Part shown: positions 1 to 13,060 of the stretch, one piece after another
Layout of the letters: each line of letters starts with the position of its first letter
How positions within the stretch are numbered: the stretch's first letter is position 1
Source of the DNA: Octopus sinensis
Lineage: Eukaryota
Direction: 5' to 3'
Assembly (NCBI RefSeq): GCF_006345805.1
Contig: NC_043001.1
Span: forward strand, 40,238,001-40,302,000
Length of the DNA stretch: 64,000 nt
Translations under genes and position numbers: made by a program
The notes under the pieces: model-generated
What the model was told of the DNA's origin: nothing
Database searches by the model: none
The model's input: the letters and a program-made list of their open reading frames with translations, nothing else

Positions 1-209
1 CCGATGGCATGTAAAAAGCATCCACTACACTCTCGGAGTGGTTGGCGTTAGGAAGGGAATCCAGCTGTAGAAACTCTGCCAAATCAAGATTGGAGCCTGG
101 TGCAGCCATCTGGTTTTCCAGCCCTCAGTCAAAATCATCCAACCCATGCTAGCAAGGAAGCATGGAAAGCGGATGTTAAACGATGATGATGATGATGATG
201 ATGATGATG

Positions 210-210
<1 letters not shown>
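1..210 (+). mobile_element. 3' UTR/tail of RTE-type LINE (or partner SINE) ending in (GAT)n
   Basis: Same tail motif (ggttggcgttaggaagggcatccagctgtagaaac...catggaaagc-gacgttaaa-(gat)n) ends the RT-bearing LINE copies at 4080-4875 and 39470-41270. Confidence 0.8.
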
Positions 211-263
<53 letters not shown>

Positions 264-282
264 ATGTATGTATGTATGTATA

Positions 283-623
283 CTAGCAGTAATACCTGTT
301 GTTGATCAGGTAATTACTTTTACTGTTTTTCGGGTGCCACATTCAAAGTATTATTATATATATATAATTTACTCCTCCTGTATGTGTGTATTTTTATAAG
401 AGAAAACTATGTAATAACTGAAGTAGAAAAAATATCTATTTCATACATGAACTTGTGTTTGTTTATTATATGACAATAATAAGTGAGTTGTGTGTGTTAT
501 TTTATTTATTAATACAGCAATGGCAATTATATTATATTACAATAGAAAAAAACATGTAATAATTGAAGTAGGAAAAAGATCAATTTCATACATGAATTTC
601 TGTTGGTTTATTCTATAATAATA
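283..623 (-). mobile_element. Non-autonomous Helitron 3' part
   Basis: Minus strand ends acctgatcaacaacaggt-attactg-CTAG-t (hairpin + CTAG at 283-286), like the 3' ends in the 25.7-29.3 kb array. Two diverged ~80-bp subrepeats lie about 145 bp apart. Confidence 0.5.
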
Positions 624-1375
624 TTAGGTTGTTCCAAAAATAATGGCTGCTCCAGGTGTTGTGTTTTGAAATGCAATTTTATTATAGTATCTTGATTATA
701 TTTTAGGTGAATTTCGACATATTTAATAATTGATGTATGTTCTTTAATAATTTTCTACTTATTTCAGACAAAAAACATTCTTGAAGCATAGGTGCTCCTA
801 ATAATGAACAATACAAAAAAGGACCTTTGCTTACTTTTCTTGCATGAGTTCAAGCTTGGGTACAATGCCTGCCGAACTGCTGCCAATATCAACAGAGCAT
901 GGGGTGAGCAGTCCACAAGTAATCGCACAGTACAAAGGTGGTTTCAGAAATTCCATAGTGGTGATGAGAGCCTTGAAGATGAAGAAAGTAGAGGATAGCC
1001 ATGCAGTCTTGACAATGAACAATTGAAAGCAATTGTTGAACAAAACCCACGTCAAAGTGTTAGAGAAATGTCTCAGGCACTTGGTGTCAGTATTGCAATG
1101 GTCTCACACAATCTGCAGAAGATTGGCAAGTTGAAAAAGCTCTATAAATGGGTACTGTATGAGCTCAATGAAAATCAAAAAGTTTGGTGTTTTGAAGTGT
1201 GCTCAATGCTCTTTCTGCTAAACACCAATGATCCTTTTCATGACCAAATAGTTACTTGTGACGAAAAGAGGATCTTTTATGATAACTGTAAATGATCAGG
1301 TCAATAGCTTGATCGTGATAGTCCCCCAAACATTTCCCAAAACCAGAGTTACATTAGCAAAATAAGAGGTAACTG
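624..1375 (+). mobile_element. Mariner (DD34D) transposon, 5' TIR plus frameshifted transposase
   Basis: TA followed by ttaggttgttccaaaaataatggc (mariner-type TIR). ORFs 792-998 and 1023-1295 give the HTH region (HEFKLG...VQRWFQKFHSGDESLED), KWVLYEL (WVPHEL-like) and IVTCDEK (first catalytic D). Stops/frameshifts present; 3' truncated. Confidence 0.9.
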
Positions 1376-2068
1376 CCTGCAAAGTAGAGTTTGGATATGG
1401 GAATGCAGGGTAGATATGTGGGCAGTGGAGTAGAAGGATGGGATTGAGTGAGCAGCAAATCTTAGACTTATATGTTACTGTGTATGTGTTTTTGCATGTA
1501 AAGTTGGATGCATTAAATTGCGCTGAAATCTTAGGCTAAATTGGTGGGGACAATTGATGGTGGAAGTTCTAACATTTATAATCTTGAAGCAGTGTGTGTG
1601 GATAACCAATCATGTATTTTTTTTTTATGTGAGCATGAATGGTAAACCATATATACATAAAGAGAAGGGGTAGAGGGGGGAGAGGAGGAGGGAGAGAAGG
1701 AGAGAGGTGGAGAGGGAGAGGGAGAGAGAGGGTGAGAGAGAAATGATAGCAACAGTAAAGAAACTGGGGAACTGAGATTTTCACAAGTGTTTATATGAAG
1801 ACTTCTAAAACTTAATATTCTAATATTATAATACATTATTAAAATTCCAGATGATGGAAAATAATTTATCTTTGTGCAGTTTCATATTTAAATTTGTATA
1901 TATTGATATCAAATCATTTTTACTAAAGTGCCCTCCCAATATTTGATACAATAGCAAGAGACAATTATATTTCACACAAAATAATAAACAGTTTATATTG
2001 AAATGCTGTTACTAAATTTCATCATTTAAAAATCATATCTTCAAAAAGTTATTATACAGATTCAAATA

Positions 2069-2770
2069 CCATGGAAGATAAAAAGAATAATTTATTCCTA
2101 CACACAACACATTTAATTTTAATGATATTTCCCAAATATATTAACTCTATAACTGGAATTTGTTGTGCATTTAATGAAACCCACATGCACATGCACACAT
2201 GCATATATATGTGTATATTAAGAAGCAAAAAAGGGATTGAAAAATCCAGGCAGATACCAATAATGAATTCGTTTAACTATATCAAAAAATCAGACCTCAA
2301 TAAATGCAAGAAGAAAACACATCCAAGGTAATTCCTCATGTATGACAAGTAAACCCATATATTATTTAGAAGAATTTCAAGAAATTCAGAGTATTAGACA
2401 ACAAAAATACAGATAGAGAATATCACATCTTTAATTATAGAATTCACTACCCAAAGTCATCAATCATTTTTGTTGTATCAACATACTTAGTTATAGAAAA
2501 TATCATTCAAATTAATATTTCCGAAAATACATGTTAACACGTTTTCCAGGCAATCCCAAATTAGTTAAATTCAAAGTAAACTAAGAAAATATCTCCAGTA
2601 CATGAACGCATTCAAAAAGAATATTAAGAAGAAATATAAACAAAGTAAAGCTATTTTTGCATTCAACTCTTGGTGACATCAGTGGATAACAAAAGAATAA
2701 AAAATAAACAAAGAATTCTACATTTAGAAACAATTAGAAACATAGAGATTCTACATCACAACAATTATTT
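2069..2770 (+). mobile_element. Highly decayed CR1/L2-group LINE endonuclease-linker fragment
   Basis: Manual translation gives ...LIFPKIH...HQWITKE.KINK, resembling the FP...PWIT motif between APE and RT. Many stops. Confidence 0.35.
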
Positions 2771-2879
2771 GTCTATTTATTAAATATAGTAAATGTTTTT
2801 TTTTTAAATTGTGCTTATTATATAATATATGAAAAGCAATTATAACTAAGAATTGAAATAATTGAATGCCTTCTGAAAT

Positions 2880-3212
2880 TTATAACATTTCATTGTAAAA
2901 TTCCCTTTTAACATTTAATAATGTTAATTTAGAAGTAATCATATAATACATTTCTTCAAGACAAAATGAAATGTAGAATTGCCAATGTTGTGCAATTTTG
3001 GCAATTTTACTAATAATGGACCACCTTAAATCATATGCATTTACTAAGATTTGTAGAATTACCTTTTCTTCTTTACTTCTATATAAATGAGAATGATTAT
3101 GAAATCTAGATTTCCAAATTGTAGCTGATGAATCTATGTAATAATACTTATGACTCCCTGTTATTACCTTACATTGATACACTATATTTTTCCTTAAACA
3201 CTCATTTCCCAA
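2880..3212 (-). mobile_element. Penelope-like element GIY-YIG endonuclease remnant
   Basis: ORF: CLRKNIVYQCKV...KYYYIDSS...WKSRFHNH...LRWSIISK...FCLEEMYYM...LLNVKRE, matching PLE GIY-YIG motifs (IVY..YIG, W.I, LCL.EK, LN.R.E). Confidence 0.8.
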
Positions 3213-3328
3213 AGGACAAAAAAAATTAGTTTTAACAATTATACAAACATTTATTCACTTGCATTTGGTACTCATGGTTCAAAGAATTCCTGCTAGTCCT
3301 TCTCATAGAATTAGGTGTTAAGATTGGA

Positions 3329-3707
3329 TTATTACCTCCACCTTAGCAAAGGCAGAGGTATTGTTTCAGTTGTGTTTGTTTCTTTATTTGTTTGTTTGCC
3401 ATGGACAAGATATCTCAAGAACTACTGGATGGATTTGGATGAAACTTTCACAGCGATGTTTGACCTCATGACTGGTAGAAGGTGATTAGATTTTGGGATC
3501 AATCCAGTACCGGACAAGGATTCTGGATTATTTTACCTGTTTTTTTTTTTATTTTTGAGAGTGGTTGGGTTCATTTTTAGTATTCTTGTTTGTGAGAGCA
3601 GTCAAGTTTATTTCAGATATTATTATTTTAAAATCATCTCTGACTAATCGTTGAGAGGACATTGGTATTGCCTTGGCAGAGGTTTGTACACTCTGAGTGC
3701 TCTTGTT
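3329..3707 (+). mobile_element. Helentron-associated non-autonomous element (HINE/DINE-1-like)
   Basis: 5' hairpin acctccacc-ttagcaaa-ggcagaggt, then a (TTTG)n microsatellite and actactggatggatttggatgaaactt core. 3' subterminal ccttggcagaggt followed by cactctgagtgctcttgtt. Confidence 0.75.
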
Positions 3708-3730
3708 ATTATTATAATTAATATTTAAAC

Positions 3731-3880
3731 TAGGTGTTAACTGTTTTCCCAGTCACGTGGTTTCATGTTCAGTTCCACTGCATGGCACCTTGAGCAAATG
3801 TCTTCTACTATAGCCTCGGGCCAACCAAAGCCTTGTGAGTGGATTTAGTGGACAGAAACTGAAAGAATCCTGTTGTATAC
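3731..3880 (+). mobile_element. tRNA-derived SINE (CORE-like family), degenerate head
   Basis: Homologous to the full copy at 14766-15160 (cttgggcaagtgtcttctactatagcc...gaaactgaaagaa). Confidence 0.8.
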
Positions 3881-4003
3881 ATACAAACATATGCGATTTT
3901 ATATATACATACATGGTGATAGTCATTTACAACTATTATGCAATATGAAGGTGAGGAGAAAATAACATACACATGCACACGCACACACACACTCACACAC
4001 ACA

Positions 4004-4054
<51 letters not shown>

Positions 4055-4079
4055 AGATATACATACATATATATTACAG

Positions 4080-4875
4080 AAAGGATCATAGCTCAACTAA
4101 TTAGGAAGAGATTTAGCCTAGATGAGATGCATTTTGGCTTTGTACCAGGAAGAAGTACTATAATACTTATGCTAACTTCTTAGTCAGGCAACTACAGGAG
4201 AAGTATTTAACCAAAAATAAACATCTGTACTTGGCTTTTTGTTGACATAAAGAAAGCCTTTGACAAGGTTCCTTTCTGCCTTATCTGGTGGGTAATATAG
4301 AAGCTATGGATGCTGTTAGTAAGGTCAAAGTTGACAATCAGCATAGAAGGGAATTTAATGTAAAGGTAGGAGTTCACCAACAAGCAGTTCTCAGTCTCCT
4401 CTTGCTTTTTATAGTCCTCCAGACCATAACAGGAATTTAAGACTGGCTGCTCTTGGGAGATCCTCTTCACTGATGACCTTGTTCTTATTGCTGAATCACT
4501 ACCAGAACTTGAGAAGAAATTTCAGATGTGGAATCAAGGTGTCAAACAAGCCACTTGGCAACCCCAGGGGAACTGGTGCCACATAAAAAGTACTCATGCC
4601 AGTGCCATGTAAAGAGCACCTATGCCAGTGTCACAGAAAAAGCACTCATGCTGGCACCATGTAGGTAGCACCTGTGCTGGCTCCATGTAAAAAGCACCCA
4701 TGCTAGCAACATGTGAAAAGCACTCAGTACACTCTGTAAAATGGTTAGTATCAGGAAGGGCATCCAGCTATAGAAACCATGCCAAGATAAACAACTGGAG
4801 CCTGGTGCAGCCCTCCAACTTGCCACCTCCAGTTAAGCTGTCCAACACATACCCTCATGGAAATGAGCATTAACT
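4080..4875 (+). mobile_element. 5'-truncated, internally deleted RTE-clade LINE (RT fragment + 3' UTR)
   Basis: Translates as ERIIAQLIRKRFSLDEMHFGFVPGRST...QEKYL...VDIKKAFDKVP...LFTDDLVLIAES. Short tandem repeats and the family 3' tail follow. Confidence 0.85.
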
Positions 4876-4984
4876 GATAACGAAGATGACAATGATGATT
4901 ACACACACACACATATGTGCATGCGCACACACACACATATGCATGCACACACACACATATGCACATGCACACAACCACACACAC

Positions 4985-5140
4985 ACAATGGGCTTCTTTC
5001 AGTTTCCATCTACTAAATCCATTCACAAAGCTTTTGTTGGACAGGGGCTATAATAGAAGACACTTGCCCAAAGGGCCAAGCAATGGGACTGAACCTAAAA
5101 CCATGTGATAGGGAAGCAAGCTTCATGTCATGCAGCCATG
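4985..5140 (-). mobile_element. tRNA-derived SINE (CORE-like family)
   Basis: Reverse complement matches the SINE at 14766-14930. Confidence 0.8.
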
Positions 5141-5585
5141 TCTGTTTCTTATATAAAATCATTAATTGGATAAAGAAGTGTTATGGCTTAAGAAGTAGTC
5201 AATCAGTGACCCAATCCATAAACTAGTTTGTTTTTCAGTCAAAATTATTTTTGCTCCTTCATAACACTAGCACACATGATAATGGTATGGATATCACACA
5301 ATCATGTTTCTATGCACAACTGTAAATGCAATTTTTTTGAGGCTATGTAAAAGAATCGATAATGATATTCGATATCACTTTTATGGAATGTCATTCAACT
5401 CAACACAGAGAAATATGATTGACTGGCAATAGGTGATCAATATTGCTGTAACTTGTGTTAGAAAATCAATACAATATTGGATTTGGGTTTTCACAAACTG
5501 TTGATTTCCTGTTAGTTTATTCAATTGACAATAGTCTACTTATATGCCACACAAAAAAATACAATCATGCCTTCAAATATATATA

Positions 5586-5717
<132 letters not shown>

Positions 5718-5774
5718 ATATATATATATATAATATATATATATATACACATATACATATTCATATACATATAT

Positions 5775-6190
5775 CATCATCATCATCCTTCAACATCTAT
5801 TTTCCATGCTGGCATGAGTTGGACAGTTTGACTAGTAAGCTGAGGAGCTGCACCAGGTTTTAATCTGATTTGGCATGGTTTCTACAGCTTCCTAATACCA
5901 ACCACTCCGAGAGTGTAGTGGCTACTTTTTACATGCCACCAGCATGACAGCCAGTTACAAAACACTGGCCATTGGCCACAACTACAATCTTACTTGGCTT
6001 GATAGGTTTTCACAAGCACAGTGTATTACCAACGGTCAAATTCACTTGTCACTGCCTCCGTGAGGCCCAAAGTTTGGAGGATGCTTTTTACATACCACTG
6101 GCAATGGGTGCCATGTATGCAACATTAGCATCAACCATGACTATGATTTCACTTGGCTTGATGGTTCTTCTCAAGCACAGCATATCGCCC
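5775..6190 (-). mobile_element. RTE LINE 3' UTR with (GAT)n tail
   Basis: (CAT)n followed by the reverse complement of the family tail; embedded between long (TA)n tracts. Confidence 0.75.
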
Positions 6191-6194
6191 AATG

Positions 6195-6406
<212 letters not shown>

Positions 6407-6407
6407 G

Positions 6408-6502
<95 letters not shown>

Positions 6503-7089
6503 TACACACACAAGCCGATGTTGGACAGTTTATGCATCAAGGTGAGCTGCAAGATATTGCAACCAAATTACCCTCAACTCATGCCTCTGCTGTCTGAATA
6601 AGGGAAGGTTGCTTTAGATAGCCCTAGGCTCCCCTTAAAAAGATAACATTATGGAATGGAATACCTTTAATCCTGGGCTGCTCAGTCAGAGTTGATTTAA
6701 AGCTAGACAACACACACACACACAAACTCATATCTATCTATATACAAATAGGGTTATTACTTTAGAGCAAATTTATGAATAACATGAGAACATTTCCTGA
6801 ATGTGTGACTCAATAAAAAGAGTAACCAACTTGATCTTTTCAAATAGATATCTATGTGTGTTTGTGTGTGTGCATGCATGCATGTGTGTATGTGTATACT
6901 ATGTAATGCTCCTCCTAACCAAACCACCAGCTTCCATGAAATGTACTATGATGCACTCTGTTAGTAACGAGCACTATGGCAACAACCTCATTTTGAGGGT
7001 ACTGCCACATAATCCTAACTAACGTACATACACATACATACAGACGTAGATATGCATCCATGCATACATACATTATCTAACTAAAGTTG

Positions 7090-8650
7090 TCAAATTGGGA
7101 CTCAAGAGTGCAGTATTTGTCAGTGTTGTGTCAATGCCAATGATCACATTTGTGATGTTATGAAGAAGTATGGCAAGAGAAGTTACCTTGAAAACCTTCA
7201 ACTACACTGAACTACATTTAAATGCTCATTCAAAATGTGATTGTTCCTTGTATAGAAAATAATGTTAGAAATGAGAAATACTACTTCTTTACTGATAACA
7301 TCTTTAATGATAAAAGTTCCTATGTTTGTTCAAGATATTGTGATAAAAGTAACAGGCAGAGGAGACTTCATTTTTGGGACTTGCTCTTGTTATCAAAACA
7401 ACTGGATAATCTTTTTTATGAAGCACTGTTATCTCAACTAGGGAAGGAGTTGAGATTTGTCTAATTATATAAGCTTTACCAGTGATGGTGTTTGTAGCAT
7501 AGGACAGGAAAACGATTCATTATGTTTGAGGCTTTGCGATGCATCACCAGATTGCATTAAAAGGCCATGCACCTATAACAATTTTCTGCTTTGCCTTAAG
7601 GAGGGCTTTGAAAAACTAAATTTAGGGAAATTCTTGCATGATCCAGGAAAAGTACCCTTAGGTTTCAGATTTTAAAAATTTAATCAAAATTATGAATGCA
7701 GATGATAAAAAGGTCAGTGTAACTTAATCTTCAAAAACTGTCTAATACAAGATGAGCAATGTGAAGCAAATTTACGTCAGACAGTTACTTATAAGCTAAA
7801 AAGAATTGTGGGTGTACTTACATTATATACACAAACCTGTATGGAACACAGAACAGGCATTCCAAAGAGAGTTTGATAGCAAATATTCTAGTAGATGATG
7901 ACAACTATCTGTTTTGCTTCTATGATACCATTCATTTTCTAAGCTTGAAGTAAACACATATTTTTCAAGTAACAAATACTATTCTTGAAAAGTTAATATT
8001 TGACATTGACCTATATAAGAAAAAACAATTACAGCTGATTGTGTCAGAAATTCTATTGGTGCAAAAGTTGATTCCAAATATTTAAAAAAATGTAAAGATG
8101 TAATAAGAATTCCAAAGACCAGATTCAATTTATCAAGAAGATATGCTGTGAAATGATCATTGGATTAGTGCCTCGGGTTGATAAAAGACTGTCTGCAAAT
8201 TGGCAGTTATTTGATGAACTGAAATGATTGGTACCAAGTTTTGTTCATTTTCAAACAGACTTTCTACCTTTCAGTGAAGTTCCATTTCAGAATGTCTTAC
8301 AAAAAGCAACAGGTGCATGTGACAGTCAGTACTATAAAAGTTCATGTTATCCTTGAAATTAAGGAACTTATGTTTAAAAACGGTAATTCCAAAAGTAGTT
8401 ATTGAATTTGGGGCAAAATTATGACATATCAAGATGCTTTTGCAACAAATATGCTTATGAAGATGTAAACAACATCAAATGAAAATTTTCCCCATGTTAA
8501 CTCTGTAAAAAACTAGGTTCAAAATCATATGAGACTGCACATGCCAAAAGCCATTTTGAAAATCAGAATACACTTTATAGTAAATATCAACTGTCACAAT
8601 GATCTTAGTGCAATGGAAAGCATGTTAGCACTGATTAACAAAAATAAGTA
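7090..8650 (+). pseudogene. hAT-superfamily transposase remnant
   Basis: Frameshifted pieces: YVCSRYCD...HFWDLLLL...LFYEALLSQL; ISFTSDGVCSIGQENDSL...PDCIKRPC (DG...CxxH-like region); C-terminal QNHMRLHMPKAILKIRIH (dimerisation-domain-like). Confidence 0.7.
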
Positions 8651-9134
8651 AAAGTAGTGAAAATTTGGCAGATGACATTCATTATGTACTCTTTGACTAA
8701 CCAATATATGGAACTGTGATGTTCAGAAGAGAGACTCACAAGAACAAAATAGAAAGTGGCTGAAAAACAAATCATTAAAGTGACAAACTGTCAATAACTC
8801 TTTATTGAGTATATTCAGTTTTTAATCTTATGGCTTGCTTATGTAAAGGTTTTTCCTCCATAGTGTACTCATGCCATCAATAATGTCATCAAATATATTT
8901 ATCTTAAGTAGGTATATTGAAAATGGATAAGTAAGTGGAAATATATGCTATTTGTTAATGTGCATTGCAGCCAAAATAACAGAAACTTTATGTATATTTA
9001 AAGTAAAGGGAAACTACTTCACACTTCTTATTACTTGTTAGCATTTGTCCACATATATTCAAGGTTACCCACTACATATATATATATACACACACATACA
9101 AAGTAAATACATATATTATATATATTTATATATA

Positions 9135-9222
<88 letters not shown>

Positions 9223-9569
9223 ATATATATGTGCGTACACAGTGAGTGTCTATATACACATGCACAGAAGGACAAGAGAAGGATGATGTTGGTTAAATTG
9301 CAGGAATGGGTGGGAAAGAGAAAGTTAAGTGCAGTGCATGAGGAAGGGGAGACACATGTGGTGGAGGGTAGGATAGTAGTTGACTTTGTGGTGGGGGTCA
9401 GTGGAAGTGTGGATGGAGAGAACAATTTTAATTGGATGAAGGGTGGATAACAAGTGAAATGGTGCCAGGTAGTAAGAAAAGTAATTGGTATCAAGGAAGA
9501 GCTGCAGTTAGAGAGGAGATGGGGTATCTTAGAAAGGAAGGAAATTAGGCAAAGAACCCATTTGTGCAT

Positions 9570-11690
9570 ATTCACACACGTGCATACAGCTCTACCAGAA
9601 ACCACTTTCACCAAAGTATGCATGCCTTCTTGAGAACCACATATAGCCAGTCATCCTTTGTCATCAACTCCATGAAGTTCAAGGTTCTGAGATCAGCCTT
9701 CACCATGCCAGCCTTTATCTTCTTGCATCTCTCTCTTCCACAAATCCCATCCACAATAAGTGATCAGCACTTTTTTATCCAGCTGTCTTTACCCATATGC
9801 ATCACATATCCATGCCAGCAAAGTCTTCTTTCTAGCACACTACATCTGATTCCTCTTATGCCCAGTTTTTCTGTTAGAACATTTATACTATGTACTTCAT
9901 GAACACTTTCATTGCATATCCTGTGGAGCATGCTCACTTCCTTCTTTCCAGTTTTCTTAAATTCTCTGCACTCAAGTCATATGTTTCATTACCATCCAGC
10001 ATTGCAGCTCCAGCACAAGCATCATATAATTTGCCCTTCACTCTGAGGAAAACGACCTTCGATGTCAATAATGGTAGTAGCTCCCTGAATTTTCACCAAT
10101 CCATTCTTACTGTTTACTATATTTCCAGAATAACCACTTCCCTCGTGAACTACATATTCTAGGCAACAAAACCTAACAACCACTTCCAGTGAGCCATCTA
10201 GGCATTTAAGAGAATCTATTTCTGTAACATACTGCTCTAGTGCATCTAGCACATACAAAGCTTATATACTCTGATAGTCTACCTTTGATTCCTCTGCATC
10301 TCTTATGTATCCATAGCTTACATTGAGTACAGCATATGGAGTTTATACCTACTGCTTGTTTTTTTTGCATATCAAACAAAGCCATTTTCCTGAAAGTACC
10401 ACGGTTCTGTCTTTCTTCTTACTTACTAAAACACTTGTCTTTGAGAGATTTACCTTAAGACCTCTTGATTCTAGGTTTAGTTTCCATGCCTGGAATTTTC
10501 TCCCTAATTACCCTACAGATTTAGCTATAAGAACTAGATAATCAGCATATAGGAGTTCACATGGACAGATAGTCTTAAACTCCTCAGTGATGACCTGGAG
10601 GACTATAATGAATGGGAGAAAAAGAAGGATTGAGCTTTGATAAACTGCCTTCACACTAAATTCACCACTAAAATCATTGATGGCTCTCACTTTGCTCACT
10701 CTACCTTTGTACGTAGATTGCATATCCCTTAGAAACCATTTGACTATACCTTGTTTCTTCAATGACCATCAAATTACAGTGCATGGTATTCTGTCGAATG
10801 CCTTTTCCTTCCAATCAATGAAAGCCAGAAATAGTGGTTTACTCTTAGCCAAGTATTTCTCCTGCAGTTGTCTCACTAAAAGACTGCATCGTTGAACCTC
10901 TTTCTTCCAGTGAAAAGTCAAATCGCATCACATCTGGTTCTACTCTGTTGTGGATCATCTGTGCTAAATTCTGTCTATGATCTTCATAACAAGATCTAGT
11001 AGTTTGATTCTTCTATAGCTGCTTCTCTCAAAAGCACCTCCTTTGTGTCAGTTTACAATGATATTGCTATGCTAGTCATGGGTATGACACCTTATTGTAT
11101 AGCTTGATTAACTATCATACCTCACCAGATATTTTCACTACTTTCTACAATTATCACTGATGGACCAACAGCTTTCCCTTTCTTCATGTCTTTGATTGCT
11201 TTATCTACCATGGTGCTCTCAACATGAATTGCTGGCACCTCTGATCCCCCATGATCAGCATGAGATGAGATAGCACCTCCTTATCCTATGCATTCTCTAC
11301 ACTCAGTATCCTCTCATAATAGTAATTTCATGCCATTTTCTTGTCTTCCATATCAATGGTAAGTATACCAGCATCATTCCAAACATACGTCTTACCAATG
11401 ACATCTTTGTTCTCTCTCACATAATGTCTCTCAAACCTGAACACTTCACATTGCAATACATGTGCAAATCTTTTCCTTTCTGCATCACCTTTAGCCAAGT
11501 ATATTTGTCATCTACCTTCTTTTCTAGCCACTTGGTAAAGTTGCCTTCCTTCTGGGTTTTCCAAGCACTCTCTTAACCTTTACCATCATATCCACCTTAA
11601 TATTCTACCACCATGTTACTTCTGATTTCATTCGGACTTTGCTTCATCCATATGTCTCACCTGTAGCCCTGAGCAGGTTATTTTTGCGAA
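9570..11690 (-). mobile_element. RTE-clade LINE, RT region, decayed
   Basis: Minus-strand pieces VDKAIKDMKKGKAVGPS and FIIVLQVITEEFKTICPCELLYADYLVLIA (YADD motif), plus a C-terminal region homologous to 40095-40529. Confidence 0.9.
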
Positions 11691-11785
11691 AATTACCAGT
11701 TATCATCTATGCTACAGGTATCTAAATCTTTGTCTCTTCAATCATATGCATCAGGTAAAATTTACACACACACACACACACACAT

Positions 11786-11818
<33 letters not shown>

Positions 11819-11824
11819 CCACAC

Positions 11825-11985
11825 AGGCATGGCTGTGTGGTAAGAAGCTTGCTTCCAAACCACATGGTTCCAAGTTCAGTCATACTGCGTGGTACCTTAG
11901 GCAAATGTCTTCTATTATAGCCTTGGGCCAACCAAAGCCTTGTGAGTGAAATTGGTAGACAGAAACTGAAAGAAGCCTGTCGTGT
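11825..11985 (+). mobile_element. tRNA-derived SINE (CORE-like family)
   Basis: A-box-like tggctgtgtgg, B-box-like agttcagtc, and the family body. Confidence 0.85.
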
Positions 11986-12404
11986 GTGTGTGCGCGTGCA
12001 TGCGTGTGTGTGTGTGTGTATTTATGTACATGTGTCTGTGTTTGTCCCCCATACCACAATTGCTTGACAATATATATATGTATATGTGTGTGTGACTTCA
12101 AATTCATTTGTGCTCCAAGTTTCAAGGATGATGCTAGTCCTCAGCCATTTTGAATTTGAGTGAAAGAAGTTGATTGTTCTTACTGTATAGTGGTCAAGGA
12201 AGGTCATGTAATTTATCAGTATATCAGCAACAACAGTTAGATGGAAAATACCACATGCTGAACAGGAAATCAATCATGTGGTGGACAGGAAATTGGTTGG
12301 TTGTTGGAGGGGAAGTAGGGAGAGGTGGTATGTGCAAGTATATAGTTGTATATGTGGGTGTGTGGACATGCTCATATGGTTTTATATGCATGTCTGTATT
12401 GATG

Positions 12405-12680
12405 TGAATGTGCGCATCTGTACATTGGCATGCACATGCATGCCTACACATGCACACACATGCCTACACATGCACATGCATGCCTACACATGCACACATA
12501 TATGAGTGAGCATTCATGCATGCACACATGCATACACATGTACACATACACACATTCATATTCATTTATATGTACATATGTATATATGCATGCAGCATAT
12601 ACACGTGCATATTAGTGTGCACACACATACTCATGTGCATGTACATGCACATGCATGTATGAGTATACATGCACATAACA
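12405..12680. repeat. Compound (CATG/CACA) low-complexity repeat
   Basis: Repeating cacatgcatgcctacacatg motifs. Confidence 0.8.
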
Positions 12681-12789
12681 AGTGTTGGGGATTGGTAAGC
12701 ATTGGGGATTGGTAACTGGCAGTTCTGCTCATGGGGTGGGTTGGTTGGTGATGGTGACCTTGGTACAGATGGTGCAGAATAGCAGCTGG

Positions 12790-13060
12790 TACTAAGGTGG
12801 CATTTGAAGATTGTTGGCAGTCAGAGGCTTGAAATTTGCTAGAAGTGCATACCTCTGGTGACAACAATAAAATAAATCATATTTCTTGTTGATGGATTTT
12901 GTGGGTTGTTGGAAGATATGCAGTTTTTTGCAGAGGCAGAGCTGGCATTTGAGAGTGACAGGTGAATATGGTGGTACTCTGTCAACAATAGTCCACTTGA
13001 TGCTGGGTGTTTCATCTTGGCAGTCGTGGAGTCTGCACCAAACCCAAACCTTGTAACTAG
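12790..13060 (-). mobile_element. Penelope-like element GIY-YIG C-terminal remnant
   Basis: A frame not in the ORF track reads VWCRLHDCQDETPSIKWTIVDRVPPYSPVTLKCQLCLCKKLHIFQQPTKSINKKYDLFYCCHQRYALLANFK, matching the PLE I.W.I...Y....C.LCL.EK...N.R.E...CRH pattern. Confidence 0.8.
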
